A stretch of DNA of 32,604 nt from Hydrurus foetidus (Eukaryota). The translations under genes were made by a program, and so were the position numbers. Where the stretch lies: contig UYFQ01000784.1 in assembly GCA_900617105.1 (NCBI GenBank), positions 1 to 32,604 of the forward strand, in the 5' to 3' direction. Below are positions 30,501 through 32,604 of the stretch, piece by piece (positions within the stretch are counted from its first letter, which is position 1; every line of letters begins with the position of its first letter). Under the pieces are notes generated by a model. It worked only from the letters and a program-made list of their open reading frames with translations. It did not search any database and had not been told where the DNA came from.

Positions 30501-32443
30501 GTACTATCTAAACAACTTAAAAGTTTTTAGGATTGGTTAATTATTTTCACGATTTTGTTAGAAACGCTTCAACTGTTGTATATCCAATGAACCAGTTGTT
30601 GCTTAACTACAATAAATATAAGAAAATAACATGGACAATAGAAGCTCTTCGAGCATTCAATTTGATCAAATCTGAGATTTCTAAATGCACGACTATGCAC
30701 TTTCTAAGTGACACCGATCCGATTTACTTGCACACTGATGCATCGGACTATGGTGTAGGTGCCTATCTTTTCCAGTTAGTTGACGGAAAGGAGACGCCCA
30801 TAGCATTTGTTAGTAAGTCACTCAACAAAGCTCAGCTTCGTTGGGCTGTCATACAGAAAGAAGCATATGCTATCTTTTATGCGTGCACGTATTTAAAATC
30901 GCTATTACGTGATCGTACGTTTACATTACGTACAGACCATCGTAACTTGTTATACATAAAGGAAAATTCAAATCCAATGATAGTCAGATGGTTTATGGCC
31001 TTATCTGAATATTCATTTAACATTGAATATATTCCTGGACCTAACAATAACATAGCTGATTCGATGTCTCGACTCTGTCGCAATAACATGGTTGATTTTC
31101 CTCAGGAATATACTCCTGATGCAATCATGTCTGCTAATACTATTGAAAAATTTAAACTAACACGTGAGCAGTATGACAAAATCAGTGAACTGCATAATTC
31201 ACAAGTTGGTCATTTCGGCCTCGAGCGTACTATAAAACGTCTCAGAGATAGAAATGAAAATTGGCAATATATGCGACAGCATGTCAGGTACTTCATAGAT
31301 CACTGTTCGTGTTGTCAGAAGATGAGTATGTTAAAGATACCAATACATGCTCATGGCTTCTCGACTTCTACTTACACACCTATGGAATGCCTAAACATAG
31401 ACTTCATAGGACCGTTTCCAGACGGCGGGTACGTACTCGTAATTATCGATACGTTCACAAGATGGGTTGAACTGTTTCACACAGAAGATGCTACTGCACT
31501 TTCAACAGCTAAATGCCTCTTGCAACATTTCGGTCGTTTCGGCGCACCTCTTCAACTCCGTTCTGATAATGGGCCACACTTCATTTCCGAAGTTATTAAA
31601 GAGTTTCTAACTCTTATTGGCACTCAACATTGTCTTACTTTAGCATACTCTAAAGAAGAAAATGCTATTGTTGAGCGCATGAATAAAGAAGTTAATAGAC
31701 ATCTTCGTGCATTAACATTCGATAATGTCACATAGAAGATTATAAAACGTCACTTCCATTTGTGCAAAGAATTATAAATTCTAATCACAGTGATCGTTTA
31801 AAGATATCAGCTTCTCAACTTCTTTTCGGAAATGTACTCAAACTCGATAGAGGTATTTTTACCTCCTGCTGAGCGAAATGTTACTGATGACAAACCTTTG
31901 TCAAAACGATGAAGCAATCTACTCAAAACGCAAGACAGTCTTCTTAAAGCTTCTGCTAAAGAACTTCTTCGCACAGATTTGCTTCATCAAAGTCAGTCTC
32001 AAATTTCTCAACATGTAGAGTATCCAAAGGACTCTTATGTCTTGTGCACTATCGCGATGGATCTCCTCCTTCACGTCTTCATACGCATTGGAGAGGTCCA
32101 TTAAAAGTCGTTAGTGGCGAAAATTCGCGTTACACTTTATGATTTAGTCACTCAGAAAACTTCAGAGTTTCATGTATCTGCAATGAAACCGTTTCTATTT
32201 GACCCTTCAATCACAAATCCGTTGGATGTTGCACGACGTGATCACATGGAATACTTTGTTGAAGATATTCTTGATCATCGTGGCAAACACCAACGTACCT
32301 ATAGAGTTTTAGTCAAATGGTTGAACTACCCTTCTGACAAAAACACTTGGGAACCTTACTCAAGTCTTCGTGATGTTGATAAACTTCATGATTATTTACG
32401 TCATAATAACATGACTAAATTAATCAATAAACAACATCGATGA
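27546..32443 (+). CDS. gag-pol: Gag-Pol polyprotein with C-terminal chromodomain, broken by multiple small indels as assembled
   Basis: CX2CX4HX4C knuckle; LLDTGS and DLVVG (protease); RMCIDFRNLN, LDLTQGYHQ, RLPFG, YIDD (RT); TDASDYGVGA, QKE, TDHRNL, ADSMSR (RNase H); H..GH.G...CSCCQ, DFIGP, SDNG, ERMN (integrase); YFVEDILDHR...VKWLNY....TWEP (chromodomain, ~32250-32400). Confidence 0.95.
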
Positions 32444-32604
32444 CTTAATATATTTGAAACTTTATCCATGAGGATTCTCTCCTATTTTTTTTACCTATGG
32501 GTCTTTTTTTTGGAGAGTTTAGTCAGTAAAAGTCTGACATAATCGTTTTACTTATATCTCATTTATATATATGTTTTACATATCTTCTTTTTTCTTTTTT
32601 TATA

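Larger units (their letters stand above)
27190..32604 (+). mobile_element. Ty3/gypsy chromovirus element B, near full length; 3' LTR beyond the window
   Basis: LTR followed by Gag-PR-RT-RH-INT-chromodomain in gypsy order. Confidence 0.96.

Overview
Eukaryotic genomic DNA with spliceosomal introns and microsatellite-rich introns; a protist, possibly a stramenopile alga (inferred only from the transposon families and intron style). Two transposon clusters flank a host-gene block. Left cluster (1-9.6 kb): a 5'-truncated spliced gene with a papain-fold-like Cys-His-Asp pattern, the 3' end of a Ty1/copia element, a spliced Helitron/Helentron gene (OTU + DUF6570-like + HUH Rep; helicase missing), and a structurally complete PIF/Harbinger transposon (18-bp TIRs, TTA target duplication, two convergent ORFs). 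Middle (9.8-23.2 kb): an intronless 454-aa helical protein, a 14-exon ~1320-aa gene with an IQ-like motif, and a small frameshifted ORF. Right cluster (23.2-32.6 kb): three nested LTR retrotransposons, namely a copia 5' end, interrupted by an RT/RNaseH-deleted Ty3/gypsy, interrupted in turn by a near-intact chromodomain gypsy of the same family that runs off the window. No rRNA, tRNA or CRISPR was seen. I cannot demonstrate a wholly new system. The best lead is the cryptic spliced cysteine-peptidase-like gene next to an OTU-bearing Helitron. All family calls are by-eye motif recognition; no searches were run.
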